A stretch of DNA of 64,000 bases from Marsupella aquatica (Eukaryota; Plantae; Marchantiophyta). This document shows positions 34,117 through 45,599 of this stretch, piece after piece. The notes under the pieces were generated by a model. That model was not told the DNA's origin, searched no databases, and saw only the letters and a program-made list of their open reading frames with translations. Numbering within the stretch: the stretch's first letter is position 1; each line of letters starts with the position of its first letter. Made by a program: the position numbers and the translations under genes. The stretch spans positions 9,360,287 through 9,424,286 of the forward strand of contig OZ316899.1 in NCBI GenBank assembly GCA_973895155.1, read 5' to 3'.

Positions 34117-37100
34117 TGTGGTGCGTCCCATGGCTCCCTAAACCCAAGAAACCCCCCAGCTCAAGCCGATTCCCGCAGGTTTCGCGCTTGGCGAGGCCGT
34201 TTCCGCGGCTTAGCGGCATGGGACGCTGCTAACCTTCTACTACTACTATTAACATTTTACACACATATACTGGACAGATCCTTCATCGGGTCATGAGATA
34301 CGTAGCCGGCCTAATATAGGCCTTCCCCTGTCTTCCCCTGTCTTCCCCTCCGTCTCGTTAGGTATGTTTGGATTCCGCCGCCGGAATGATCCCCAATAGG
34401 CTTGGTTAAGCCGCTAAGACCTCTCTCAGCTCGACACATCCAACTCTCACTCCCCTGCTTACTTTCCTTCGTTCTGTTGATGTGGGCACTCTTCACACAA
34501 GTTAATGCGACACACAAATAGCAAAATGACTCATTCTGACTGAGTCATACCATGCACTTGCCATACAAACAGTACATCTCATACACAAGTTCTGCGAACT
34601 AAGCCGTGAGGCCAACTCTATTCAGCTCTTAGGCATGAGGAAACATGAATATACACAAGGGTCACTGTATGACTAACCGAGAGCTTCTCGTACTACTTGA
34701 TCCCAGCCCGGCTGGTGCAAACTAAAAACTTGCTAAAGAAGAGGCCCTGAGCTCCCCGCTGCCCAGGTACTTATCCTGGTAGTGGATCCGCCATTCTTTG
34801 CATCGTAAGCCTAATCTACTTAACAGTAATCTACTTGCCCGAATCTACCTATGTACAGCAAGGCAGGAGCACAAGTGTTGCTCCTACCAGTGGGACCGCA
34901 ATCCCACTAAGCTAAGTGTCAGGGCCGCTCCTGGTTCTGATCCTAATCCTAAACGTGGAGATCCGTGCCCGCCCTGCCCACTCACGCCTCCTCCCTCCAC
35001 GTCCGCCCTCCCTAAAAGGAACGGCGCCCTTGCACCGTCACGACACCGGTGGTGGATCCTCAATGGACGCCCCCAACACTTCCTCCGCAGCCACTGCCGT
35101 TGGCCCGCCTACTGACAGATTACCTGCCCTTGACCGAGTCAACTCTCCCTCGGCCTGACTGGGTCCACCTTCGGCTTCAGCCTCGACACCAGCCTCGGCA
35201 ATACCCACGGCTTCGGCCTCAGCCACTCTCACGGCTTCGGCTTCAGCCACTCCCTCGGCTTCGGCTTCCCCTTCCCCTAGGGTAGTTGGATCCTTAGCCG
35301 TGACCCTGTCTGGGGTCGGTGCTGGGTCTACCTCCTTGATCACCACGGCCTGTGAAGTCGTATTACTCCTTGACCCTGAAGGTTTCCGCTTCTTCTTCGT
35401 TGGTGGCTCGGCAGCTGGTCCCTTCCCCTTCCCACTTAATTCCGGCACTGGTGCAGGTGGCGCGGCTTGTCCTTCGGCAATTACCACCCCTGGTAACTGG
35501 TTTGTCCCAACAGGAGATGGACCTGCTGCAGCTAAGCATTTAAATACTGCGGCTTGTTTCTTCAGCCGCTCTGTTTGGTTGTCGGCCCGCCGCTGTAGGT
35601 TCTCCATCTTCCTCGTGATTTCCTCCAACTCCTCTTGGGTTTCATCCAGGTCCTTACGTGCCCCCTCCAGCTCGTTTTTGGCCTCCTCCTGCTCCCTGTG
35701 GGCTTCCTCCAATTCCTTCTTCAAGGTAGCCCTCTCCTCCTGGGTTGCTCTTAGCTCCTTGTCGAGCTCTGCAATGATGACAGACTCCATCTGGTTCATC
35801 TTGGTGTAAGTCTGTTCGAGCATCTCGTCCTTCTCCCTTAGGTCGGCCTTGAAGCTGGCCGTCAGGGACGCAAGCTCCTGCTGCAGCGCCATAATCCCTT
35901 GATAGGATTTCCCTAACTCGACCTCCTTCTGCTCAAGGGCTCCGCGGATTTTCTCGAGCTCCCCTTTCAACGCCCATTCCTTTCTTTGGGTCTCCGCCAT
36001 GGCCCGGCTGTTGGCTGTTATGTGGGCCTCCTCTGTATTCTTCAGCTCTTGCTTCCACTTTTCCCTTTCTTTGATCGTGTCGGCCAACTCTTCCTGCGTC
36101 TGAGTCAGTTTATCCTTGATATTCTGATTATCAGCCTGCGCGGCGTCCAACTGCCCCTGCATGATGTTCAGCTCATGTCGTTTAATCCGTAGTTCATCTT
36201 GGGCTTTCTTGGCCGCCCTTAGATCTTCAATCTCGGCTTCCATCCTCCTAAGCCGCCGAATGACCTCGTCCTTCTTGCTTCTCTCTAAAGCCACCGCTTC
36301 TTCTAATTGGTGCTTCTCCAACTGCTCCCTATGGAAAAAGGGTCCTACCTCCAACTCCTCTCCAAAGATGCCGAGCGCAAGTTCCCCACACATCTCACCA
36401 TACTCCATGGCTCTATTCTTAGCGTAGGTGGAGTAAGTAGAAGTGATCGGCATCGCCCATCGTGGCCTCTGCTCCCAAGCCGTCCTGCGGATCTCTTCAA
36501 TCGTGGCTAGAGGTTTGCTTCCTTTTTCGGCTAGCCGCCTGATGTCCTCCGGCCAATCTCCTCCTGGTAAATCCTTTTCCTTAGCCAGGGCGGCCTCTTC
36601 CTCCTGCTTGATTCGCTCCTGAAATTCCTGCACCGTCTGTTTTATGCCGTCGAAGCTCGGGGGAGCAACATCTGGTGGGGGAGACTCAGGGCTACTCTGT
36701 TGGTTGGGGTCCCCTCGCACTACCCTTGGAAGTGTGGGGACAAACCGGCCACAGGTCCTTACTCCTGGAACGTGATGGTCCGACCCATAGCCGGAATTAT
36801 CATGGCTGCAGTCCTCCACTGCCTCCTCTACCTCTTGGATTTCCGGCTTCTCCTTCTCCTCTTCCTCGGTAGGAGCTTCAGGCAATTCTGCCTCAGATTC
36901 GGAGCTTGAGGTTCCCACGTACATTTGAACACCTGGCTTGGATCCCGGCCTGATTCTCTCGTCTCCAGCAAAGGGGTTTTCTCTTGTGAGCCGGTGTAGG
37001 CCTACCTCTGTAGTAGTGTCCTGCATGGTTGCCGTTGCCGTTGTTGTTGCCGATGCCGATTTCTTTTCTTTCTCCAGTAGTTTCAGCAGACTCTGCATGC

Positions 37101-38773
37101 CTGGTTGCTGCATCGGCAAGTCTTCCTTCCTGGGCCTAAACACCTGCTCGATCGTAGGACTAACAGGTGGTTGAGGCTTCTCAGCCAACGGCCTCGGCGT
37201 TGGAGCTTCCTCGGGTGCCCTTACCTGCAGGGGAAGTACCGGGGCAAAAGTCTGACCTCTGGCATACCGGCACAACAGCGGCATGTGATAGCCAAGCCGC
37301 GACACGCTCCCCATGCCGATTACCTGCTGCTCCTCCTTTAAGATCTTCTTCAATTGGTTGAGGAGGTACCCGTTGTAGTCCCGGCTTGGGTCTGGCCTTT
37401 CTGCCAGATAGACCTGTGCCTTGCCGATCTCTGCCCTCGGCAAGTTACAATGCATGGTCACCCGCAAGAAGTCGATCATCTCTCCTATGTGCGGGTTGGT
37501 GCAGGTGTTCCGGAAGAAGCCATTCTTCGTTGATGGCCCGGGGAACGACCGGAACTCCTTGTCAGGCAAGGTCTTCCTGGTATCAACTTTGGTCTTATTG
37601 CCCATCGGCAAGCCAAACACTTTGGCAATCACCTTGGGAGTAAGATAGAAATCCTTCCCATATATCCTCGTGCAATTGGTCTCGGGTTCCCATGACCCCA
37701 CGAATTCTAATAGGTCTGACTCCGGTACCTCCGGCTTCAGCCATGGTAATCTTACAAAGGCCTCCAAGCCGGATCCGGCCATGAAGCCTTGGTACTTCTT
37801 GGTCTGCATGGCCGTAAAGCATGCATCCTCCTCCCGTGCAAAATGTAGTTGCACCTCCACCGGTAGGGTTGCCGCCCAGCCCTTCCAGGTGTCATCCCTG
37901 GTTGGAATGGCCTTGATGGGATCGACCTCCTCCTCTTTGGCTTCTCCCTGCCTCCTGCTCTGCTGCTCGGCTGGCTTCTTTGGTGCCGTCGACCTCGTTC
38001 TTTTTGCCGGGGTGGCTTCATCGTTGACGGCTCCCTTCCTCTTCATCTCTGCTGCCGTGGAGGTTTCTCCTAGCACCGTTGCCTGGGTCCACCTTTCCGT
38101 GCTACCCTTTAATTCCCAGTGTATGTCGTTGCAGTTCTTGATGGCCTCTCGGATGCCGACGACGCTGTCCTTGCAAAACAGAAGATCGTCGAGTTGATTG
38201 GAAGTAGGCGTCCACAGGAACTCGTCCTTGATGAGTTCGCCTCCTAAGAAAGCCGTCTTCTGCAGCTCCCACAATCGAGCGAGCTCCTGCCGTTCTCGAG
38301 CTGCCCTTTCTGACTCCTCGTCCTCGTAAGTCTTGATGTACTCAGTTGCCCGTTCGAACAGGCATCCCCAGAAATGTGCCGCTTGATTGACGTTGCTCAT
38401 ACCCTCCTTAGGTTGATCGTCGGTATCTACTCTCTCCCCGAGTGCTTGCCTAAGCAGCTGACAGTAGTTGGCCTCCCGTAGTCGTCTGCCTAGTTCGTGC
38501 TCGCAAATGAGCCACCATCTCCTGCAAGCGCTCCTTACCCCTCTCCTCTGCCGGTCCTTCTTCCCGTTGATCCTTCCTAGCCGCCGACGCTTAACGCGCC
38601 ATAACCCTAATCGGGTTTTCACCCTCAGCCTTACCTCCGGCCTCTGCCCGGGTTCCATGGTTGCCCCTAATTGTTTATATTTTCCTTGTTTTGTCACTAT
38701 ACTAAGGTGTTCCTAGGGTGCCTTCCTGCTTTACCCACTTAACCGGCCGAGTGATTCCTGTCTAGGCATCACA
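34117..38773 (-). repeat. 5' LTR, 4,657 bp
   Basis: Direct repeat of 23236-27892, followed on the minus strand by the PBS. Confidence 0.96.
35038..38658 (-). CDS. Second intact copy of the LTR-encoded ~1,206-aa protein
   Basis: Six amino-acid differences from the 24157-27777 copy; no stops. Confidence 0.88.
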   Translation of the reverse strand: MEPGQRPEVRLRVKTRLGLWRVKRRRLGRINGKKDRQRRGVRSACRRWWLICEHELGRRLREANYCQLLRQALGERVDTDDQPKEGMSNVNQAAHFWGCLFERATEYIKTYEDEESERAARERQELARLWELQKTAFLGGELIKDEFLWTPTSNQLDDLLFCKDSVVGIREAIKNCNDIHWELKGSTERWTQATVLGETSTAAEMKRKGAVNDEATPAKRTRSTAPKKPAEQQSRRQGEAKEEEVDPIKAIPTRDDTWKGWAATLPVEVQLHFAREEDACFTAMQTKKYQGFMAGSGLEAFVRLPWLKPEVPESDLLEFVGSWEPETNCTRIYGKDFYLTPKVIAKVFGLPMGNKTKVDTRKTLPDKEFRSFPGPSTKNGFFRNTCTNPHIGEMIDFLRVTMHCNLPRAEIGKAQVYLAERPDPSRDYNGYLLNQLKKILKEEQQVIGMGSVSRLGYHMPLLCRYARGQTFAPVLPLQVRAPEEAPTPRPLAEKPQPPVSPTIEQVFRPRKEDLPMQQPGMQSLLKLLEKEKKSASATTTATATMQDTTTEVGLHRLTRENPFAGDERIRPGSKPGVQMYVGTSSSESEAELPEAPTEEEEKEKPEIQEVEEAVEDCSHDNSGYGSDHHVPGVRTCGRFVPTLPRVVRGDPNQQSSPESPPPDVAPPSFDGIKQTVQEFQERIKQEEEAALAKEKDLPGGDWPEDIRRLAEKGSKPLATIEEIRRTAWEQRPRWAMPITSTYSTYAKNRAMEYGEMCGELALGIFGEELEVGPFFHREQLEKHQLEEAVALERSKKDEVIRRLRRMEAEIEDLRAAKKAQDELRIKRHELNIMQGQLDAAQADNQNIKDKLTQTQEELADTIKEREKWKQELKNTEEAHITANSRAMAETQRKEWALKGELEKIRGALEQKEVELGKSYQGIMALQQELASLTASFKADLREKDEMLEQTYTKMNQMESVIIAELDKELRATQEERATLKKELEEAHREQEEAKNELEGARKDLDETQEELEEITRKMENLQRRADNQTERLKKQAAVFKCLAAAGPSPVGTNQLPGVVIAEGQAAPPAPVPELSGKGKGPAAEPPTKKKRKPSGSRSNTTSQAVVIKEVDPAPTPDRVTAKDPTTLGEGEAEAEGVAEAEAVRVAEAEAVGIAEAGVEAEAEGGPSQAEGELTRSRAGNLSVGGPTAVAAEEVLGASIEDPPPVS

Positions 38774-39039
38774 ATTTAGCTTTGAGGGCAGTGTGGTTTC
38801 AACAGGTCCCAGGTTGAGATAACAAATTTGTGGTGAACGATCTAGCTGGCGGGAGCTATGCCCATGCTGAGACAGTAGTTCACCTTAGATTTAGTCTCAC
38901 TCCATGTGAGGCAGGAAAGGGACGATATAGAATGTACACCCTTGAGCCCGAGACTCTGGCAGCAATATATGCATCCTTGGGTTCCTAGCAATATGGAGGA
39001 GGATACTGAGGTGTGTTCACCAGTTTTTCTCCATCACCA

Positions 39040-39530
39040 GTCCTCTATCCTCTGTTTGAAGTCCTTTGTCTTTTGTCTCTACTCCTCAATTATCCGTTGC
39101 TGGTCCTCAGTCCTTGGTCACTAGTCCTCAGTTCCTCCGTCCAGAGTCCTTAGTCCTCAGTCCGGAGTCCTCAGTCCTTTGGCTTCAGTCCTTAGTCTTT
39201 GCCATGAGTCCTTGGTTTTTTACCCTGAGTCCTTAGTCCTTTTCCTTGAGTCCTCAGTTTGAATCCTCTGCCCAAGTCCTCAGACCTCAGTCATCAGTCA
39301 TCAGTCCTCTGCCCGAGTCCTCAGTCCTCAATCCTCCGCCCGAGTCCTCAGTCCTCTACCCCAAATCCTCAGTCCTTCATTCTGAGTCCTTAGTCCTTTT
39401 CCCCGAGCCTTCAGTCCTCCATCCTTAGTCCTCAGTCCTCTACCGTGAGTCATCAGTCCTCCACCCTGATTGAGTCCTCAATCTGCCATACCTACTCAAT
39501 GAGTCCTCTGGCCCAAGTCCTGAATTAGCA
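39040..39530. repeat. GTCCTCA (7-bp) degenerate minisatellite of the Sola2-like element
   Basis: Repeated agtcctc/gtcctca; mirrored at 48410-48900. Confidence 0.9.
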
Positions 39531-40614
39531 AACTTTTGTCAATCCTTAGTCCTAAATTCCCAGTACCCAGTCTGGCCTTATGTCCTAAACAACTATCCTC
39601 AGGGTTTTCCTGAGTCTAGAGTTAGAGTCCTGGGAGATATTATAGCCACGTACTGCTTGCTAAAATGACCAAAATCCGTCTTACTTATATATGTACATTA
39701 CAGTTGCTACAGAGGTTGGCTGAAGTCTATATGCTGAACTGTTCTTCCCTACATGAGCTTGACTATTTCTATCACTAATATTTATGTGGGAGTATAGGTA
39801 CATCATCAGTTATCAGTGACTGATAACTGATATTAGTCACTGATATCAGTCATTGCTCATCGCGCTTAACACTTACCTGCATGTCAGCGACTGTGCTCAG
39901 ATTGGCCCGGGGATCTCGGCGAACTCGCAAACATCTCCAATTCAGGGTTTATGGTCTTGAAACGCAAAGCAATAAGCATAAAGGCGGTGTCCGTACAGTT
40001 TTAGGCGACCATAGTCAGAATGTCAAAGAGGTTGCCGACATAAGATCGACACGATGTTTACTAGAAAAACATTTTAAAACCCATATATTGTCATTCCTTG
40101 GCAATGCTCGCCGAGAAGACATCATTGAGATACTACTACTAGCCTACTGGTGGTGCCAGCCTTGAAAGAAGTAATCAACAAGAATTGTGATGCAGTGTAG
40201 AATCCTTGGGATCAGTTGTGACCACCAGAAGATCAAGATGTTTGCCCAATAAGAGAGCTTATAAGAAAAGGTAACATGAATTCATTGTCATTCCTTGGCG
40301 ATGCTCGTCGAGAAGACATTGTCAAGAGACTGCTACTCCTACTTGTCAAGCCTTGGAAAATGCTCTCGGCGAGGGTCGTCGACTTTACCATGACAGATTC
40401 AGTAATGTATAACTAAGGTGCCTAGTCTGCACAAAATATTTCATAAGATTTGGATTACATAGCCGATTAGACAGATTTCTACTATCATCGTCCAATTTAA
40501 TTTGACACTCCATAAAATCATTACCGACAAACGATTCAGTAAACACCAAAATGTATCAAAACTTTGAGGCTACAACGTTCCGCTATTTCCTACAAGTAAA
40601 TGTGTACACGAAAT

Positions 40615-41341
40615 TCATGTTTTTTGTACATTCACTCCAGTGAACGCCCCCAATTCAGCTATTGCCGAGAGGAGGTCATTCATTTTTACCCATAGATTCT
40701 GGATGTTGTCACACATCTCAGATAGCCTAGCCTACACATCTATATGAAGGCTCATAAGCTTCTGGAAGTCTGACTTGCTGTCCGTGATCTCTGCATCCAA
40801 ACTCTCCAGCAACTCCTTAGATAACACAAAGTCAACATCAACATATTTCAAACACTCGGCACTGGGCGAGTCCTTGGCTGGTTGTGTTGTCACGACCGCA
40901 GAACTTAGCCGCACTGTCTATGGGCATCTTCAACTTCTCGTTCATTCTGTTTGTATCACCAACAGCCTTGCAATTATTTGGAGATCTCAACAAACAAGGA
41001 GCTTCACCATCACCGTCTGGCAGTGTGGTAGCCATTGCAATTGGATGCTTCCTCGGCCGACCTCGTTTCTTCTTCTCTATCAAGAGCCAAGGAGCTTCAT
41101 TATCAGGTAACGCTATTGACATTACGATGGGATGCTTCCTCGGCCGACCTCGTTTCCTCTTCTGCGGGATGATGCCCAAAACGACAAAGACAGTGGGTGT
41201 GTGCCTGTCTTGGACACTGATCACAGACTCCACTCTTGCCATGGTGCTTTGCCCTGATGAGAAAGAAGGTGAACAATTGGAGGGCGCACCGTGTTGCCAC
41301 ATTGCCTTCACCTCCATCTTTGTTTGCGCCATGTTTACCAA
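40615..41341 (-). pseudogene. AT-hook protein with helical C-terminus, frameshifted
   Basis: Two RGRPRKHP motifs in an ~87-bp internal duplication; continues in the 40732-40914 frame. Confidence 0.6.
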
Positions 41342-42903
41342 GGACTTTCATAAGAATGAGTCTGGATGGAACGATTGATTCACATCATATACCAAACGCC
41401 CACTCGAATATCACACCAAATATGTACTAACCGGGATCGGGTAATGGAAGCAATCGGCGTACGTATAACGGGTACATATCTATTCACATGCATGTCACTT
41501 TTTGTCAACGCTATCTAGTCCATGTTGAGGTAACCTGCAACGCACAAGACGATCATCATCATCGCCACTAAAAATCCAGCAATTATTGGTATCCTATCCC
41601 TAGATGGTTGAAGGGACAACAACGTCCGCTCGTAATAATAGGTACATATCTTTTCACACACACTCCAGGTTTGGCCAACAAATGAGTTAATGTTGATTTG
41701 ACCTGCAACGGTCAAGATTGTCATGATTAGTTTTTGGCACTGTATGAGCGTATGATTCCATAGTTACTACGTAATCCCATTTTGGCGAGGATCTCTGAGA
41801 TCAGAGGCCAGTAACTTCTTTGTTAGTTTGACGACAAAGAGTTTAGGGTGTAAGTAGATCTCGGAGAGGGTCTCCGAAATCTGGCGGTTCTCTCACTCGG
41901 CAACGGTCAAAATTATGATTGTAAGTTCCATTTCTACGAGGGTCTCTGAGTCTGGTTTCTTGCTTTTCCTTGGTAAGTGCGATTTTGGCGAGGATCGCAG
42001 ACATCCGGTTGGGAAGTTCCATTCCTGTAAAGTTCCATTCTGGCAAGGGTCAATGGAAAGCATGATTGAGGGGTACCAAAATATGCAAAAAGGACTGGGA
42101 TTCTGGGATGGCAGTCCTCGCAATCCTTGGCACATGAATGGTTGAGATGACAAGGATCTTGAGCCGCCAAGGACGTTTTGAACTCACTTTGAGACAAAAC
42201 GTACTTAAGACTTAATAACGACATTGGTGGGGCCAGGACATTATGAGGACTCCAAACGCGCGGAGTTCTCTGCCAATTTGAATCCCTTGAGAAGAGAAGT
42301 GCGGCCAACGCGAGAGTTGTACAGTTGTCCACAAAACTTCCCGCTCATAGAAAGCTTGGGCCGCCCATTTCTCACTTGCACTTGTTTCACTTGGGCGGAG
42401 CTCTATCCGCCCATTTCTCACTCAAGTTTCACCTGGGCGGAGCTCTATCCACAGAGCGTATGTGGTAATGGGGGTTTGAGCATTGCGGATTTGCCAATTG
42501 ATAGAGGATTGCTGCTTGATGGGTTGTTGATTGCTGCGCATTGGGGGATTGGTCATTGCTGTGCATCGGGGATCGTGGATTGCTGCGCATTGGGGGATCG
42601 TTGATTGTTGGGCATTGGCGGATTGCGAGCTACTTAATTGCGGTGGAGGATTACTGCTCGTTACTAGCTGGTTGCTGCTCGGTGGAAACTACTCGGTGAG
42701 TTGCAAAGCAGACATCAGAGGGGACTTAATTTTGTTATCGTGGCTAGAAGGTATAGCTCAAACTTCAAATTTATGTATATTCCTATATAGGCTATCGCTC
42801 CGTGTAGTTTAGTCCATCCTGTGAGGCGTACCTTTACATATTGTGGGCAGAGGTCTTATTGAGTGTTTAGTCACAATTTTTTTGTTTATTGAGGAAGAGT
42901 TCG

Positions 42904-45330
42904 ATGGATACCACTTCTCCATTGACAGTTGATGGAGGGGTGGATGTCAAGTCGATACAGCGAGTATCCAATGTCCTGGCGAAAGCTCAGACAAGCATCA
43001 CGAAGGAAAACACCAAAGCTCAACTGCCAAGAGCAGCTAAGAAAGTGAAAGGCCAGAGCTTTGATGTAACTTGGTCTCCGACCGAGTTCTATAGGGATGC
43101 AGCCTGGTTTGCTACAAACTTTGGTCTCCCCAATGAGGGTGAAACTCCGCACAAGGTTTTAGATCTCACCAAGGAACAGTTGAGTGCATGCTTTGGTGAG
43201 GTAACAAGGAATGGCTATAAGCTAAGTACTTACACGGGTATTCCTCTTGATGAGATTTTAGCACTGTCTCAAGTGGTGGACGGGTATGAGAAGCCTGTTA
43301 ATGGAATTCTATCTCATACGTTTGTCAAAGGTGCCTATGCCGAGCGGGTGCTTCATAGAAAGGTAAACTAGGTAGCGTATGCATCGACAAAACTGAAGGG
43401 TCAGGTAACTCAGTGGTCACAAGATGGGAAAGGTAGGCCTGATGGCCCTCCTTGTGTTAGAAAGCCTCAACTGTATTCAGCTCCAAAGTCTTCGTCAGAG
43501 ACTAAACCCGTCGTCTGTGACGGACAGTTAGCACTTTTTGAGAGCCCTAAAAGTGTCGTGCCCAAGGAGCTTGGCAGTTGCAGCTTGACTCAGGTTAGGA
43601 CAGTACCTCCTCCCACACCTATTCTATGTGTTCGTCCATCCGAGAAGACTGAGACAGATTCCCTTGAAAGTGAAGAACGTTCTGGTATCTGCCATAGAAG
43701 TCGAGATATCTAAAATGAGGGGTCAGCTCGTGTCTGTGAACAAGAGGTTTGACAAGGTCCATTCTACCATGGACAAACTGAAGGTAATTCAGTCGGGATG
43801 TGATGATGTGGAGAGCTCATTACAGCAAGAGATTGAGAACCTACGACTTCAAGAAGATAAAATCTCCAACAAAATTGATGCAGAAGAAATTGCAGTGGAA
43901 GAACTAACAACCAACATTGAGTTGGAATCCAACAAGCAGGGTGAAGGAGAGGCGATTGAAGAGGTACTTTGAGATTTCCTCCTTCATCTTGCTAGGATCA
44001 TGTCCTTTCTCTGTTCAGGACCCGTTTGTTTGCGGTTGTGGACTTCAATGTGGGCTTTAGGCGATGGACCTTGTGGCAAGACATGTGATTGTTTGAAATG
44101 TTGATATTGCAGGTTAACAACGACTTGTTGGCCTTGATGGGGACAACGCTGAGAACTCACAAGAGTACAGTCATCCAGCTTTCTAGCCTGTTGGAAGCCA
44201 CCCGACGGGATTTGCATAGTGTGAAGGAAAGATTACAGAGAAAACAAGAGTATGACGAGAGTGTGCCTAAAATGATGTCCCGGATGTTTGACTTATCTAA
44301 CAAGTTAACAGCAGAACGCCGAAAGATTGAATCTAATTTGAAGCATCAGGAAGTAGAGCTTGCGATTGTGGCAGACGTTTTATGCAACCCATGTCCTGCA
44401 ATGATGCCACGTTATACCCTTATGTCCACTGAAACAATTTTTAGCAGAGTTTCTGTATCAAGTTGTCCAATTTGTTGCAATGGATACCATTGCTACAATT
44501 GGATCCCAACATCATGTGGGCACACATATCATCCTGCATGTTTGTTTACTTATATTCATTCATGTACGGGCGGCCCACAATGCAAGGCATGCGGGGCAAT
44601 TTTCAGTAATGACTGGTTACAAACCTGGGGTTTAGATGATGAGCAAGGCTACAAAGAGGGCACTCATATAGCCCTGGAGCATCACCCAATGGCCATGGAA
44701 GTGGAGGACCTATATGGGAAGAACTGTAGGCGATTGGCCCAGAGGCGACAGCTGGTGAACAATATGGTCTCAATCGAAGGAAAGGTATCCACACTGATCT
44801 GCACTTTAATTGCTAGTTGGCTTTCAATTGATGAATTTGCAATCTTTGGAGATGGATGGGTTACGAATGGATGTTGAGCACTGTTCACTGTGTACTGCTT
44901 CTTATGGAACATGGTCTACTGTTGTGGAGCAGGATTTGCAAGAGATTGTTGAGCGATGCTTGGCTTCTATAACACCTTCTGCCACGGTTGAGGATGCAGC
45001 TATTGAGGATTGCGGTGGTGAAGATCATCCAAGATGGTCATGTTGTCACCAAAGGTTGAGGATGAGGATTCAGGGAAAAAACGGAAGTGTGATGTAGATT
45101 CTAGCAGGAAGGTGAAATTAATACCGTTGTTGAGTGCTAAGCCTGGTCAACATGTGCTAACGCCTAGTGCCACTCTCCCATTTTCCCCAGAGGCAGATGT
45201 CACCTTTAAGACATACTCTTCACTGAAGACTCCAAGCCCTTATGGACCGACAATACCTCCACCAAATTGCGATGGTGTAGATGCTAGGCCAAAGAAGAAG
45301 CTTTACAATATGCCTCGGATAACGTTTTAA
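42904..45330 (+). pseudogene. PMD-like domain, coiled coil and RING-H2 (putative E3 ligase) cargo gene, intron-containing, disrupted
   Basis: FATNFGLPNEG..RNGYKL..KVN*; coiled coil 43680-44370; CPICC..SCGHTYHPAC..CKAC; likely GT..AG intron ~43964-44112. Confidence 0.7.
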
Positions 45331-45599
45331 GTCGTACATTCTGTGGCTGTTGAAGATGTGGTGTGCATTTTGCAATGCGCATACCGTGATTTTCATGCCT
45401 TTTGTGTTTAAAACTTCCTCTATGCTCTTTGTGCAGCTTCGAAAGACCAGCCGCAAATCATATTTTTGAGCAATTCTCAGTTTCTCACTGGTAAGTCTTC
45501 ACTAAACCCTCTATTGGCAAATGTCATGTGCAAATGATGAGGAACCTTTAGCAAAGTCTTGTTGGTAATAGCACCGTCACTCTCTAATCTGAGTAATCT

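Larger units (their letters stand above)
23236..38773 (-). mobile_element. Full-length non-chromovirus Ty3/gypsy element (Athila/Phygy-like) with giant protein-coding LTRs (family A)
   Basis: TGT..ACA ends, TSD ATTTA (23231-23235, 38774-38778), 4,657-bp direct repeats, PBS, PPT, gag-PR-RT-RH-INT order; no chromodomain or extra RNase H seen. Confidence 0.97.
19679..39789 (+). mobile_element. Truncated second copy of the Sola2-like DNA transposon, interrupted by the 15.5-kb LTR element
   Basis: Starts with TIR GGTGGAAAGCATGATTGAGGGGTA. 19679-23235 plus 38779-39789 is the reverse complement of 48147-53269. Two internal deletions near 22450-22470 remove the DFSENY, SDG and HGKG motifs. Confidence 0.88.

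Noticed and set aside
24168-38716. Many short plus-strand ORFs opposite the long ORFs, and ORFs in minisatellites
   Set aside because: Antisense shadows or low-complexity translations with no motifs.
23236-38773. 4.66-kb repeats as an assembly artefact or segmental duplication
   Set aside because: The repeat ends coincide with TG..CA, TSD, PBS and PPT, the copies differ at ~11 sites, and an independent solo copy has the same ends.
40400-40840. SET domain downstream of the AT-hooks
   Set aside because: The resemblance needs several frames with stops; a cleaner helical reading exists in the 40732-40914 frame.
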